Assembly (NCBI RefSeq): GCF_009914755.1
Contig: NC_060935.1
Direction: 5' to 3' (one strand)
Origin: the human T2T-CHM13v2.0 reference genome, Homo sapiens
DNA length: 64,000 nt
Made by a program: the position numbers and the translations under genes. This document shows, piece after piece, positions 37,200 through 50,760 of this stretch. The notes beneath the pieces were generated by a model. That model was not told the origin of the DNA, ran no database searches, and saw only the letters and a program-made list of their open reading frames with translations. The number at the start of each line of letters is the position of its first letter. Position 1 is the first letter of the stretch.

Positions 37200-40100
37200 T
37201 TTCTTTTTAAAATGTTCACCAACTTTACTAAACTTGGCGTTTATTTCTCTACAAAATAATAAGTGCACTTTCACTGTAGAAAATGCAAAATTACAAAAAG
37301 ATATACAAAATATAGTAAAAAACTGAAGAATAAACAAATAACAACAAAACCCACCATCAAGATAATGGTAAATATTTTTCTAGACTTCTCAATATCAGAC
37401 TCTTGTTTTCTGCCCAACAATATATAGGTAGTTGCATGTTTTTAAGGGTAAGATAGATTTTAATGAAATTTGAGAAACTGTTATATAAAGTCGATATTAT
37501 TATATTTCATCTATACTCCAGTGCATAGATTCACCACCATAGACTTCTGTTTTCCCCTTTCTGTGGATGTTCACATTGTTTCCACTAATTCACTGCTAGG
37601 GACAACTCTTTAACAAACATACCTGTATACTTGCATTCTATTCCAATTATCTCTATAGAATAAATTTGTATTCATGAGATCACAGGACACGTACATTTTA
37701 AATCTTTACACATCGTGCCATCCAGGTAGATTATACTTTCATAACTATCAACTTATATTTGAACATTCTCATTTCCCTACATCTTTGCCAACTCTGGATA
37801 TTACCTCTATTTTCCCTCTTACCAATCTGATGTGGTACAATGAAATCATTTCATAGGTTTTGTGAGCATTTATTTTACTGGAGTTAAGTTGAATGATCTC
37901 TTCAGATGTTGATGGGCATTCGTATTTGTCATTTTCTCAATGGCTGCCTGTAATTTTTACCCAAGTCACCATTGGATTATTTGGTATTTTTCTTGCTTGA
38001 GAATGTTTTACAGTTTACTTTTAGAATTATAACTTTAAATACTTTTTTGCATCAAGAAATGTTTACCATAGTCAATCTCTTCCTTTATAGTTTATGAGTT
38101 TTGTGCTATGGCCTCCTAAGCATAAGAAAATAATAATGTGCTTCACTATTTTTTAATAATCATGACTTTAATTTTTGCATTTAAATATTTGAGCTGTTTG
38201 AAATTAATTTTTATATAAAACATAAAGTATTAATTCATCTTCACTCTTTTCCCAAATGGTCAACAAATTATTCTAATACTACTTGTTAGTCCTTGTTTCT
38301 CATCACTGATCTGAAATACCATTTTATCATATAAATATGTTCCCATATTTATTTGAATCTACTTCTGAACTAATCTATTATAATCAATTAAACTATTTTT
38401 CTAGCCCTAAAGTAATACCATACCATTTTAATTAATATAGCTTTTTAGATTTTTTTTAAAAAACAAATATATGGTATTGTTCTTTCTAGTTAATCTTGCA
38501 TATTTATCTTCCAGAGATGAATTTTAGAATAATTTTGACAAGTTTTCATTACCAAGATATGGATATATTGTTTGGGATTTTATTAAATTTAATTCTTTAA
38601 GAGACTCTTTATAATATTAAGACTGTTATTGTCAGAACAAAGGAAATACCTTTATTTTAGTATGTATCAGTTTTCTTTAAGCACACCTTGGAAATTTCTT
38701 ATTGAATTTACTTTATATGTTTTATGGCTTTTTGCTACAACAATTGGGATTTTATTGTATTAATGCGTAGTTTATTGTTGAAATGTAAGAAAGCTATTTT
38801 TACATTAATAAATGATCCTCCTGACTGAACACTTGATATTTTCTAATAGTTTTTTGATTATTTTGAGTTTTCCAGCTATACAACCATATCATTTGCAAGT
38901 AATTATTGTTGTTTTCTTTCCAATATTCATATTCACAGCACTCCATAATAATAGTGGAGATAATGTTGTATTCATTTCTACGACTGCCATAACCATCTAT
39001 CAAACCTTAAACCATACAGAATTATGATATTACAGATCTGGAGGTTACAAGTCCAACACATGTTTCACTGGGCTAAAATCAAGGTGTCAACAAGACTGTA
39101 TTCCTTTCTGGAGACTCTGGGGGAGAGTGCGTTTCCTTGTTCTTTCCAGTTTCTAGACACCATGCACATTCCTTAGCTGTGGCCCCTTCCTCCATCTTCA
39201 AAGCCAGCAACATTTCATCTCCTTATGCCTTTCTTCTGTGGTCACCTCTGCCTCTGTCTCCCTCTTCCACTTTTAAGAACCCTTGTAATTACATTAGGCC
39301 CACTTGGATAATACAGGAAAAACTCCTTATTTTAAGGTCAGCTGATGGGCAATCTTAATTCCATGTGGAAACTTAATTATTTGCTACATAACCTAACATA
39401 TTTACAAGTTCTGGGAATTAGGGCATTAGGACGTAGACTTCTTTGGGGGACTAGTGATTCTGTGTATCACAACAGGTAGCTTTGTTTTATTCCCAGCTTG
39501 GCTTTGTTTTAATCTCAACTTTAATCAGAATGCTTTTATTCATTCCCAATCAAGCACTTTTCAACATATGCATATATAAGAAATTGGCATATCCTTTCTG
39601 CCTACTTCACTAAGGACGTTGTTATTGTTGTTTTGTTTTATAATCAAGAATAAAATTTGAGTTTTATCAAGTTTTCAACAACTAACCAAAATAATAGTAT
39701 TTTTTTCACTTTTGACTTGATAAGATTCTAAATTATATTCATAGATGCCATAGTACTAACCCATGTGTGTTTTCTTAGTGTAAACCACTATTGATCATGG
39801 TGTAAAATCTAAGTTGCATGAGAGACAGAAATTTTGTCTGTTAATTTATTGTTATATACCTAGATCCTAAAACATAATAGAAGCTCAATAAATATTTGAT
39901 AAATTAATCTGCTAATCAAACTGTTAATATTTAATTTCTTTTGGATTTTTACATCAATATTTATAAATGAGATCAAATTGTATTTTTCAAAACCAAATCT
40001 ATTGATAATAATCAATTGCACTCCCCCCATCATGTTAAAATGAGATGCTCTGGGAATTTTTCCCCAATCTATGACAGTTAGTTTTGAGATCTTGTTATTG

Positions 40101-42130
40101 TCATTTTGTTTTTATTTTAACATTTTTTTTAAAAAAGCTATAATCTTTACAAATGATTTTTTAACTATAATCACTCCAGTTTTTAGGCATAATTATGTTT
40201 CATACTTAATGCCCAATTCAGCCCTTTTGTACTCAGATTTTCTCATTCTTGAACACTTTTACTTTCACTATTCTTAAAAATCTTGGGGTTGTCTGAGCTA
40301 CATCTTCAAGTAGATTTTTCTGGAAGCTCACATGGGTTAAATATTTCCTAAGACTTAAATATTTGAGAATAACTTTCTATTAGTTTTACACATTGGTGGT
40401 AACTTAACTGGTTATAGAATTTCTGTTTCTTGTTCAATTTTTTTTTTGACATCCTGAAGTCAACCTGACTTACTTTTCCCTTTAAGTAATGCAACTTTCC
40501 TGAAGTTTAAGAAGAGATATTTTTTCCTTTTCTTTGAAATCTAATAGCTTCATTAGGCTATGTTTGGTGGGATTTTTTTCTCTTTTAAGTTTCCTTATAT
40601 AAGGAAAGCCCTTCAAACTAGAATGTCAGTTATTCCTTCAAATCCGAGAAGTTTTCTTCTCTTAGGTCTTAGATTATATTTCTATTCCACTTGAAGTGCT
40701 CCTTTTCTTTAAATACCATTTGCTCTCCCTATCATATTATAATATTGGTGGATATGTTTGTCTTTTCTTATTTGTTATTCATTCTGTTATTTTTCAATCC
40801 TGTCTCCACACCACTGACTTAATATTTTCAGGTGTTAATTCTGGTATTTGGGAGCTAATACTTTATTTTAAAATTTACAGAATATTATTGTCACTCTTCT
40901 TATCTTTCCTCATTTCTACCAGCTTTCTGTTTTAATCAGTTGTGTAATCATCAATATATCTCTCATTCCATAAAGTCCATGTTTTTCTTTAGGATGTGAG
41001 TTAGTTGCAACTAACATGTTTTTCTATTTCCTTGACTATATCTTCCTTCAAATTTTGCTCTATTTGTATTTTGCATGTAATGTTCCATCTATTTGTGCAT
41101 GTGTTTATTTTTTCCAATTCTTATTGTGGTTTCCTACTGCAGGAATTTCTTTTCATTTGTCTCTGAACAGAGCCATTGTATCTGAAGCTGCTTCTTTCTT
41201 GAGTCGGCGTGGATTTCCTGTTGTCTTGAGCAATATTTGAATCTTTTCCTTGGAATATGAGCTGGAACACCAGAATTTTTTTTTTCTTTAGCCTAGTCAC
41301 TGAAGTGCCCAAAGGGTGTGGACAAGGAGCTGGGGTTTTGTATAACCACAATTAAAGAATTTTGTCTTTGCTTTCTTTCTCTGTAATTTTTGGAAGTAAC
41401 TGAGGATAGCACCACTCTGTTGGTGACTCAGTTCCCCTGTCTCATGGAGGAACGAAGCTGAGCTTTGAATCTGGGTGTGCTCCTCTCTCAGGGTGACTGG
41501 TTATAAAAGATGCTGTCCTTGTTGCTGTCCCTATTTCTCACATGATTTTGAATCAGTTTAGCTGTGCATTGATTTCCACACCATACTAAGCCTGTGTTTG
41601 CTGCTGCTGGATCAGCCCAGGCAGTGAATCCTAAGAAATTACCCCTCAATGCCTCTCATGCCATCTGTCCTGCTAAAGGTCAGAGGAAACATTGGCAGCA
41701 ATTCCAGCCAAGATTTTATAGTGCATTTTTATCATCACTGGAGAAAAGGTTCTTTATAGGAGGTAGTTCCCTGGAACAACCTGCATCTTAACCCCTGTGC
41801 TTCTAAATCTGGACTATGAGCAAATTTCAGCTTTTCTTTCTCTTTTTTCCTGCTCTACTGCAATGTTGTTGCTAAGGGGAGTCAGGCATTTGTGCTAGGC
41901 ATCTACTTTCAGTACTGTCCAAATTGTTCTGAATCTGAAAAGCATTTTTCACAACTCTCAGAATATGACTTCCCTAATTTTGGCGAATGGCTTAGTCTGC
42001 TATATTTGCTTCAATATTTTTCATTTTTGTTTATTTGAGAAGGGAGTTTCATGAATCTTCTTTTTAGGATATCTTTTATTGATTTCTTTTTAATATTCTA
42101 ATTCCAAACTCTTTTTTAAAATTTTTTATT
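37200..42130 (-). mobile_element. large degraded L1M (L1ME/HAL1-like) tract
   Basis: strongly T-rich, AT-rich block with L1ME 3'-end and ORF2/ORF1-like remnants (catttccctacatctttgccaactctgg; aacttaactggttatagaatt); interrupted by an LTR and a short L2. Confidence 0.7.
38967..39471 (-). mobile_element. MLT1D/E-class solo LTR
   Basis: tcactgggctaaaatcaaggtgtc...ggccccttcctccatcttcaaagccagcaa...ttttaaggtcagctgat. Confidence 0.9.
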
Positions 42131-43361
42131 CTTCACTTCAACTTGTACTCTTTTACAATGCACTGTAATAAAATTACAGTATATTAAAAACATCCTACTA
42201 TTTTTCACTTTCTGTTTATGACTCAGATTCGCTGTATAACTTTCTTCATATTGCTTCACCTCTGTGGGCATTATTTTGCCCAGCTGCTAAGCAACCAGTT
42301 TGCATCAGGCGGTCTCTCAGTACTCTCCCAGTGCTTGAAGTTCATTAAATGGAAAATACTAACCCTGGGTTTCTGAGAATTGCCACTGTCCTTGGTTTAG
42401 GAGATGCCTAGGGAGGGAGTGGAGGGGCAGGAAGGTGTTGGGTTCTAATCTGTAACTAAATCACCCTGGATGTGAGAGCACACAAACTGTGAACAGCATA
42501 GGAGACACATCTGGAATCCCCTGCCCCAAGACTTTAAGAGTCTGACAAACAATCTCAAAGGAAAACAATGGTTCAGATTTCAGCCACTGGTCTGGAAAGT
42601 TAACACATCCACCTGGCAAGACTCCCAAAATCATAGCAAAAGGAGACTTTGAATCTGAAATTCACATCTAAAAATATGTATTCTTTGAGAGCTGAAGTGA
42701 AACTTGATCCAACAGAAACCATTCCACTGTCCATTGGCACTGATTCATCAGGAGTTAATCATGGCCAATTCAACCTTCTCTAAATGCAGTTTAAGAAAAT
42801 AGACAAGTATCTATCCCAGGAATTTCATACAACCCAATTTTGTTTCACAAGCAGGTCCATTCCCAAAGACGACAGATAGGCTGCCCTGCTCCACAAAGAT
42901 CTCATCTTATTTTGCTTATCTGGAGCCAAACGCTAACCCCATCACTAAAGGATGCAGGGCCTCTGAATTTCTTGACAGGCAAGATTCCCTAGAGCATGGC
43001 ATTCTTGTGGTCTGGATGGTCTTGAAAAATCAGAGAAAGACAGAGAGAATGGTGGCAAATGGGGGCCAGGCTGAGAGTCAGGCAAGGCCCTCAGGGAGGT
43101 TTATGCTTCAGTGTCGTCGAGATTGCTGGTTTGTTTTGAGACCTTCAGTCCCAGTAACCCTGAGATCAGCTGGAGTCTCTCTGCTCCCTTAGCGTCTAGA
43201 CAAAAATGAGTCAAAATCTCATTTTACGTCTTGCATGAGTCTATGGCAAATTCTCAGGGGACTTAGGTACTTTAGGCATGTCCATACCAAAAATGACCTT
43301 TACCATTCCACCATTAGGGGTGTCCTCTGACCACTTTTTGTATCATTTTCTGCTTCCCATA

Positions 43362-43747
43362 GTCTTTTAGGCAGAGGAGGCTAAACATTATAACAAACAA
43401 CCTCAAAATCCCAGTGGCAGTCCAGTTGGGTATTTAGAGGAAAGTCTTATGCAGTGTTCCAGGAATCCAGTCTCCTCTCTAGTGGTTCTATATTGGAGTT
43501 CACCTCTGAATCTTCTGCATCCAGCTGTGAGACAAGAAAACAAGCATGGAGAATTGGGTATGGAGAACCACACAGGATGTTTCAGGGGCCAACCCATAAA
43601 GTGGCACACATAATTTCTACCCAACTCTATTGGCCAGACTTGGTCACATGGCCCCATCCAACTGTAGAGGAAGCTGGGAAATGTAGCTATAAGTGGTCCC
43701 AAAAGGAAAATTATATTTGATGAGAACACAGCATTGTTTCTGCCATA
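43362..43747 (-). mobile_element. MLT1J-class LTR
   Basis: taacaaacaacctcaaaatcccagtggc...attggccagacttggtcacatggcccc...gctgggaaatgtag. Confidence 0.8.
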
Positions 43748-46668
43748 CCATCTTTTGGGATCCTCTGTCATGCTTCTCCCTCTTCCATCTTCTTCCCATC
43801 TCTACCTCTCAGGGTCTCATGTAGAAGAATTTAAACATTCCTGTGCTCTCATAATACTCTTCCTCACCAAACATCAACATGACCTCATGATGCTACTCAA
43901 TACAGCAGCCACTGCTTCCAGAGTTGGGCTAAGAATTCAAATCTATTTACCTTCGAATCTAATTATCTATTCACAAAAGCGGAAAATGAAACCCTTAGAT
44001 TTTATAAGTGGAAGAGCTTGAATTTGAATCGGTATCTTAAGTTCATCACTTTTTCTCCTACATCATAATGTCTCATCTCTTTAGTTAGAATGTAGGCTCA
44101 ACATTAGAAGAAAGCTCCTGCTGTAGCCAACCCAACCAGCCCAGCACCTGGCACAGAGAAAGACATTTGTCAGGTGACAGGATGCTCAGTAACTGTTGAG
44201 TGGAGCAATATTCTCAACAGGACAACAGGAGGGGCGTTCTACTTTGGTGGCCATGAAATACCTCCCAAGGCAATACAACTTCATTTACCTTGGTTTAATT
44301 GAGGCCAGTTGGAAACAATAGGGCATCTTCTGATGCAATTAAAAACACTGCCCATAAACTGTGAAAGTTTTCTGGCATTCTGTAGACCAGAGCACTATTT
44401 TATAGCCAAGTTTCTGAACACATTTTTTTCAAAGATGTTATCGTGGAAAATGTGACAACAACAGAACTCCAGGGGCGTGAACATGCTGTTGTAATTACTC
44501 CTCCAGACACAATGAAATCAACCCAAGTTAATTATTTATCAAAACCAACCCACTCTCTGGAAACATCTTTGTTTTGGCAGAATATTTCCTTTCTCCGGAA
44601 AATAGGTCAATGGTTTTTTCCTCCCACGTTTCTTTATCATAGTATCTGACTTTCAGAATTAGCTATTTCAAGTACTGAGACATCCGCCAAGCACCCAGGT
44701 GGGCTGGCAAGAGTGCAACTACAGTCCTGGGGTTTCTGATTCCTGGATTCTTCCTGTTTCAGCGCTTCTCTTCAGTAAGGGTAACCCTGAAAAAGGAGAA
44801 GGAAACCAAGGATTATTTAAGTTTCTACTATATGTCAGGCCCTGTAAGAGGCATAACTATTATATTGTTTTGCTTACTCTCATGAGACAGTATATCCATT
44901 TTATAGATAACAGAATTAGGCCCATAGGGGTGAAATAATTTCGCATGCCATTCACATCTAACTCCGTGTACATAGTCTCCCATGTCTGAAAAGGAGAAGT
45001 ATGAACTGTGTAAACAAAATTGGTATTGAACTAAGAATTGACTCTGATGATTTAAGTAAGCCTGTGGGGCCAGACTTGAGTAGTGGCCTTGGATATACCA
45101 AATGAGTTCCTCTACATCAGTTTGGCACCTTTGACATCATTGCTTTACTTTTGCCCTACAGACTTCCCTAGATTGCCCTGGTATATTCTTTACCTTTCTC
45201 CTTCCCATCTCTATTCCTGTCCAGATCCAGGGTAGCCTACTTGAATCAGATGCAACAAAACAAAGGGGAGGAAGGTAGAAAGAGAAGCAAGATGATTGAG
45301 GTACTGGGGAAGAAAAGAGGAAAACAATTCTATTTTGAGACTTTCCAGACCTTTGAGATTTTGCAGTGAGCATCTTATGTTTCCACAGAAAGAGCACTGA
45401 ACTAGGAGTAAGGAAATTTGGGTATGAAGCTATCTCTGCCACTCTTCACTGTCTTAACTTAGGAAAGTCTTCTACGTGGGCCTCAACTTTCCCATCTGGA
45501 CATAACAGTATAAACTTTTCCACAACTCTTAGTGCAGAGTCTCTTGATATGTCTTTTATTTCTCCAAACTTCATTTCAAATAGTCTAGAGCTTCTAGCAA
45601 CTAAACAGGTAACTCAACCAGCATCATACCCTCGAGCACTCCACTCTCTATTTTTCCAAGAATCTTGAAGATTTGTACAATCAAAAAGGAGCCTACAGGA
45701 TCACTTCTGAGCAAGAGCGCTGCTGTCTGCTCTTCAGCTTCCGATCTTGCTGGCAAAGCTTTTCCCTGCCACACGGTGCCGCTGTAGAGCACTGGCCCAC
45801 TTCCCTGCTGCTGGCAGGGCTGGTGCACGCAGAACAATGTTTGGCTTGTCTCAGTCTCTGGCACAGGCCAATATGATCCTCTGAGGGAGGGTGAACCCTG
45901 CTTGACTCCACACCCACAGGGTCACACTTGATCCAGGGGTTTGCTCCTTACTGAATCCTCAAACTCAGTCTTTGCAATCACACATAGACGTTTCCACCTT
46001 ATTCCTGCCCAGCCCCAGAGATGTTGTGCCCATGAATGAACCATAATATTCAGATTAATAATCAAGTTTGTCTGGGCCTGATCTCAAAGCAAGACTAAGC
46101 ATTGCTAATGATTCCTAGGTCCTCTTTCACAGATTCAGAACAGCTAAGATAAGGATGTGTGAAAATATGTGTATTTTCTATGTGTCATACATGATTCTGG
46201 TATGACATGTGTCAGATCCAAAATTGGAAAGCTAGTGTTTTAGAATATAAGAGGGCTACCCACCCTCAGAATTCATGTATAGGGGGTAATATCTTCCATG
46301 AGCCAATCATCTGTGCTCTAACCCACTCCAAGCCTAGCACTCATAGAAGCTTTCTTGTCACTCTCTTGTTAAAGCAGCGAGAGTCAAAACAAAATTGTAT
46401 GCTTTAGTGGGTCACTTACCAATTTAGGATATGGAACTTCCATACAAAGTTTGACCTGGAAGGTCTCTCAGACAGACTTCCTACTATTAGAGTCATTTAC
46501 TGAAAGGAGTGTGGGAGATCTTTCATGATGAGTGACTCTGAAGCAGAGAATTGTGATGAGAACTAACATGAGGAAGAACAAATTCATTTGTCGAGGATAA
46601 CTTGACACTTAAACCAAAGGAAAATACACTTTTTTACATTTTTTACAATTTTTATAGGTTATAGCTAG

Positions 46669-47062
46669 TGTAGCAGAGTAAATAGTGCTCAGCACATATC
46701 CCAGGCACTCTTATATTTCTCAGGCTTTCTTGCAAGACTTGCGCCATGTATCTAGTTTAGAACAAGTGACCCTGAGTGGGAGTGACAGGTGTCACTTCTG
46801 ATTCAAGGCCATTAAACTCCTGTGTACCTTCTCTGTCTCTCTTCCTTTTCTGCAGAGCTCTTGGAGACCTTGCATTTCAGATTGTGCAGTTACAAGATAG
46901 TGTGATCTTTGTCAGCTTGGATCCCTGAGAGACTACGTGAAGTAAAACCCCCTCTGATGACTGATGTTGATATTGTAAAATAAACCTTCATGTTATTAAG
47001 CTATTAAGATTCCAGAGTTAATTTGTTACTGCAGCACACCTTAGTCTATTCTGACTAATATA
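46669..47062 (+). mobile_element. MLT1I-class solo LTR
   Basis: aaataaacc...ttaagctattaagatt...tttgttactgcagcacaccttagtctattctgactaata; TSD gctag/gctaa. Confidence 0.85.
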
Positions 47063-47244
47063 GCTAAAGTGGTAGAAATATTACTAAACTTAATCAATCA
47101 ATTTATTTAACTAATAGACTAAAAAACATTATGGAGTCAAAGGCTAAATATTTCTATTGAATCTTGAAAATTGTCAGTATGTGGCAGGTCCTATAAGTGA
47201 TCTGTGGCCACCAGTTTTTCATTTCTTAGCATGAAGGAGTGAGG

Positions 47245-47450
47245 ATGGGAATTTACTGATTTCTTTTTTGCCAGACACTGTATACAAATTACTACACTTA
47301 ATCCTCCCAATATCTTATGAATTAGGTCTTATTACTAGTATATATATGAGAAAAGTGAGGTTTATTAATCACACATTGCTAGTAAATGGTAGAGCCAGGA
47401 TTTGAAGACAGGAGCATCTAATGCCAAAGCTCTCTTTATTAATATTACAT
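47245..47450 (-). mobile_element. MIR SINE
   Basis: ttaatcctcccaat...atgagaaaagtgagg...gctagtaaatggtagagccaggatttgaa. Confidence 0.8.
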
Positions 47451-48109
47451 AACCTTTCCAACCATAGCCATAACTCTAGAAAAGTAGAACTTCATTAGGA
47501 CTACTTCCTAATGACTAATGGGGTAGGGAATGGATTGCTCAAGTTCTCTTTATTTTTCTGCCTACAGTTTACAAAGGCATCCCCCAACAAGTTTCTGTAC
47601 ATCTGGTCTCTCCCTTTTAAATATCCCCTGACACAGGCTGCCTACAAGATAATTCTAAAACACATATACACAAATATAGACATGTTGCCTCTAGGCTGGA
47701 AAACCTCAGTTGGCTCCCCTTGCCTGCAAGGTCAAGTTCAAACTCCTTAGCTTGACAAATATAGCCTTTCTCATCATCCTTTTCCCTGCTGCTGCCCCGC
47801 TGAACTGGATTCTTCAGATATTCCAAAAGTGGGGGGGATCTCCAGGAACAGTCACCATGGTCATTCATCTTCATATTTTTGCTCAAGCTCTTCTCTCTGA
47901 TATGAATATACTTCCTTCTCAAAACCTGTTATTTTTCTCCATATTTAACAAGATCCAGCTCAAATGACAATTTTTCTTTCAAACATTTACTAACAGAATC
48001 AATAACCACCGTCTCAATTTCCCCTACGCCATATATCCCCCACAAGATCCCTTGGGAATTTAACACATTATTTGGGCTTCTGTCTTCCCCTTGGCATTGG
48101 GGTTAATTA

Positions 48110-48445
48110 ACTGTATGTAAGCTCTTGATTTGAATGCTGGTTCCACTTCTTGGAGACTGTGTGACCTCGGGCAAGTGACCTAACTAAGCTTCAGTTTCCT
48201 CATCTGTTAAAACTGGAATAAATAATAGTGCTGAGCTATAGGTTTGTTTCAGTTGATGAAATGCAATGGATAATACAATGCAAGTGCTCACTGTGGTGGT
48301 GGCATATAAGGAGGATTAAATAAATACATATATTTCATTTATTATTTTATTTATTCTTATATCCCCCATCCATAACACCATGCATGGCCCATAATTGGTC
48401 CCAAATAAACATTTATTAAATGAATAAATGATTGAATGAATAGTT
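48110..48445 (+). mobile_element. MIR followed by L2 3' end
   Basis: ctgtgtgacctcgggcaagtgacctaac...cagtttcctcatctgttaaaac; then aataaacatttattaaatgaataaatgattgaatgaa. Confidence 0.85.
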
Positions 48446-49575
48446 GCATCCATTCAGGTGACTGAGTAGAGTAAGAAGTTCTACCAGAGGCACAGAGATC
48501 TCCTTGAAACCATAGTATTACATACAAAAGTCACTGTTTTGTTATTATTTGTATCTGCGCCTGCACACATACACTCCAACTCTTCAGCAAAAGCTGGTCA
48601 GCAACTTGTATTTAACTTCAAAGTGAAAATTGCTTAGTTGAGCTGAGGATTTTCTTTTTCAAATCCAAAGCCAGCGACTACCTAGATTGTGCAAAACTTC
48701 CCCTGCCTTCATCCCTAACTGGTAGCTCTTTGTTGGAGTTACCAATCAGTAAAGCATGGACCACTGACCATGTATAAGGTATGATGTGTTTGGTGGGTAT
48801 CTAGATGGCTGGTGGAGTGTGTCTCAGTTCCCAGAAATGATCTAGAACGTGCCTAGCATGTCAAAAGAGGACAAAAACATCCCTCTTCAGGGATATCATT
48901 GTTTCTTCATCCACTGCATATAATTTAGCAGGACCACCCAGCTGATGAGATGAGACGAGGTAAGGCCATGTTTGTATTGTGCTGCTCATCATCTCCAAAG
49001 GGCTTTTCCCTCCTGGATCACTGCTACCTTACATTGTTTTTCTAGGTCTAATCTTAGTTTCTAGGCCTCTTTCTCTGGCTCCTTTCTCCCAACAGTGAAG
49101 TCAGACATATGTCCTCAACTTTTCCAACATTCCCTTCCCCTATTTCTGATGTATTCTGTCTATGGGAAGTAATCTCTGATGTCGTCTGTATCAGGAATTC
49201 TTGTAATTCATACTATTTAAAAAATAAAACAAAACTCAAACCAACTTAATGCACTTGTTCACTGAATGAAAAAGCCCCAAAGTGGGGGAAAGAGCAGTCC
49301 AGTTCCTCTGCAGTCCTCCAGCTTCTGCCCTCCTCTCGGTGCTGACTTTGCTCATAGGTCAAATTTGCCTTCAATATTTCAAGATGGTGACCAGCAGCAG
49401 TCAGGGCCAAATTCTTCCCTATTCAATTCTGGAGGGGAGAGAGGGAATTTCATGAGCATCAATTCAAAGAACTTCACTTCACTCTATTGGGCCCTGGGAG
49501 AATCACTGGGTCTTTTTGGCCTAACCCTGGGTTACCAAAACCAACCTTTTGCAAAGTGAGGAATAGGGAGTACCC

Positions 49576-49607
49576 TGATTGATTTATACCTGTCAAAGTG
49601 TAAATCA
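49576..49607. promoter_or_regulatory. candidate PBX-HOX-MEIS composite site
   Basis: TGATTGAT, TGATTTAT, CTGTCA and GTAAATCA within 32 bp of non-repeat sequence. Confidence 0.35.
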
Positions 49608-49789
49608 ACCCCCAGAGCTGGGGGTAGAATCAGTCTCTCCCGAATTGCAAGGCTGACATACCATGGGGAAAGAGTAGATGGAGGCCAGGGACCCAGCCAC
49701 AAGGCCCGGCACACTGCTCCTTGTGTTCTTCCCTTACTCTTTCAATTCTTCATATTTGCTGCACTCAAGTTCAAATGAATTCCCACACT

Positions 49790-50760
49790 TCTTTTTTAAG
49801 TTTATTTTGTGTATAAGAATAATACATGTTTATTTAGGTTCAAGAGAAAAGCAAAAAACAAAACAAAAATATAGAATGATCCATTAAGCAGAAGAAATGA
49901 AAACTTTTTGGCTCACATGCTAAATGGGTCTTTTCTGCTGTGCCTGTTTTGTATAGGGTTCACATGCAGGTTTCACACACAGGTTTGATTTAACACGATG
50001 ATGCCACAATTTCCACACATTGTTGGAAATATTCTAAAAGCTGCATGTTCCTGCATATATGAATGCATTCCATGTTTCACAGAGGAAACATGGTTTACTT
50101 AAACATTCCTCTGTGATGGCACAACAGGCTTTTCTTAATTATTCATTTTGATAAGCACTTTTATAAACATCTTTAAATTCTGCATTTTTTCCTTATGACA
50201 AATTCCCAGATACCCATTCCTGTATTATTCTCTAAAACAAGTATATCATTATAAACTCCTTTGCACTGTGTAAGAGGGCAGCTGTTTCATTGTCCCTATA
50301 CATGCACTAGGTATTCTTTTTAATCTTTGCTAATTTTGGTAGAAAAAGAAGTGGCCAGGGAAATTGTGCATCTGCTTACTATTTTAATTTTCATTGCTCT
50401 GATTAGTATAGCAGAGACTTTGTGCAAATGTTTATTAGTCATGTATTTCCCCTTTTTATGTATGTTTATATCTTCTCCCTATTATCCATTGATTTTCACA
50501 AATCTTCACACAGTAATAATATTACTTATTTGACATTTGTACAAATTTTCCCAGTTTTTACACTTTAATTTCTTAATTTTTCACATACAAAAGTAGTATA
50601 TATTAATCATTCAAATATATCCATCTTTCCCTTTGGTACTTGTATTGGTTTTAATATTACAAAGCCATTTCTAATTCAAATATTTAATCAAAATTTAATT
50701 TTAATTTTTCTTTCATTTCTGTGGTTTGATCTTTTTACATATAGTTCCCAATCATATGTA
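49790..50760 (-). mobile_element. L1ME-class 3' fragment
   Basis: tttattttgtgtataagaataatacatgttt...tttacttaaacattcctctgtgatggc...ctttgctaattttggtagaaaaag. Confidence 0.75.
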
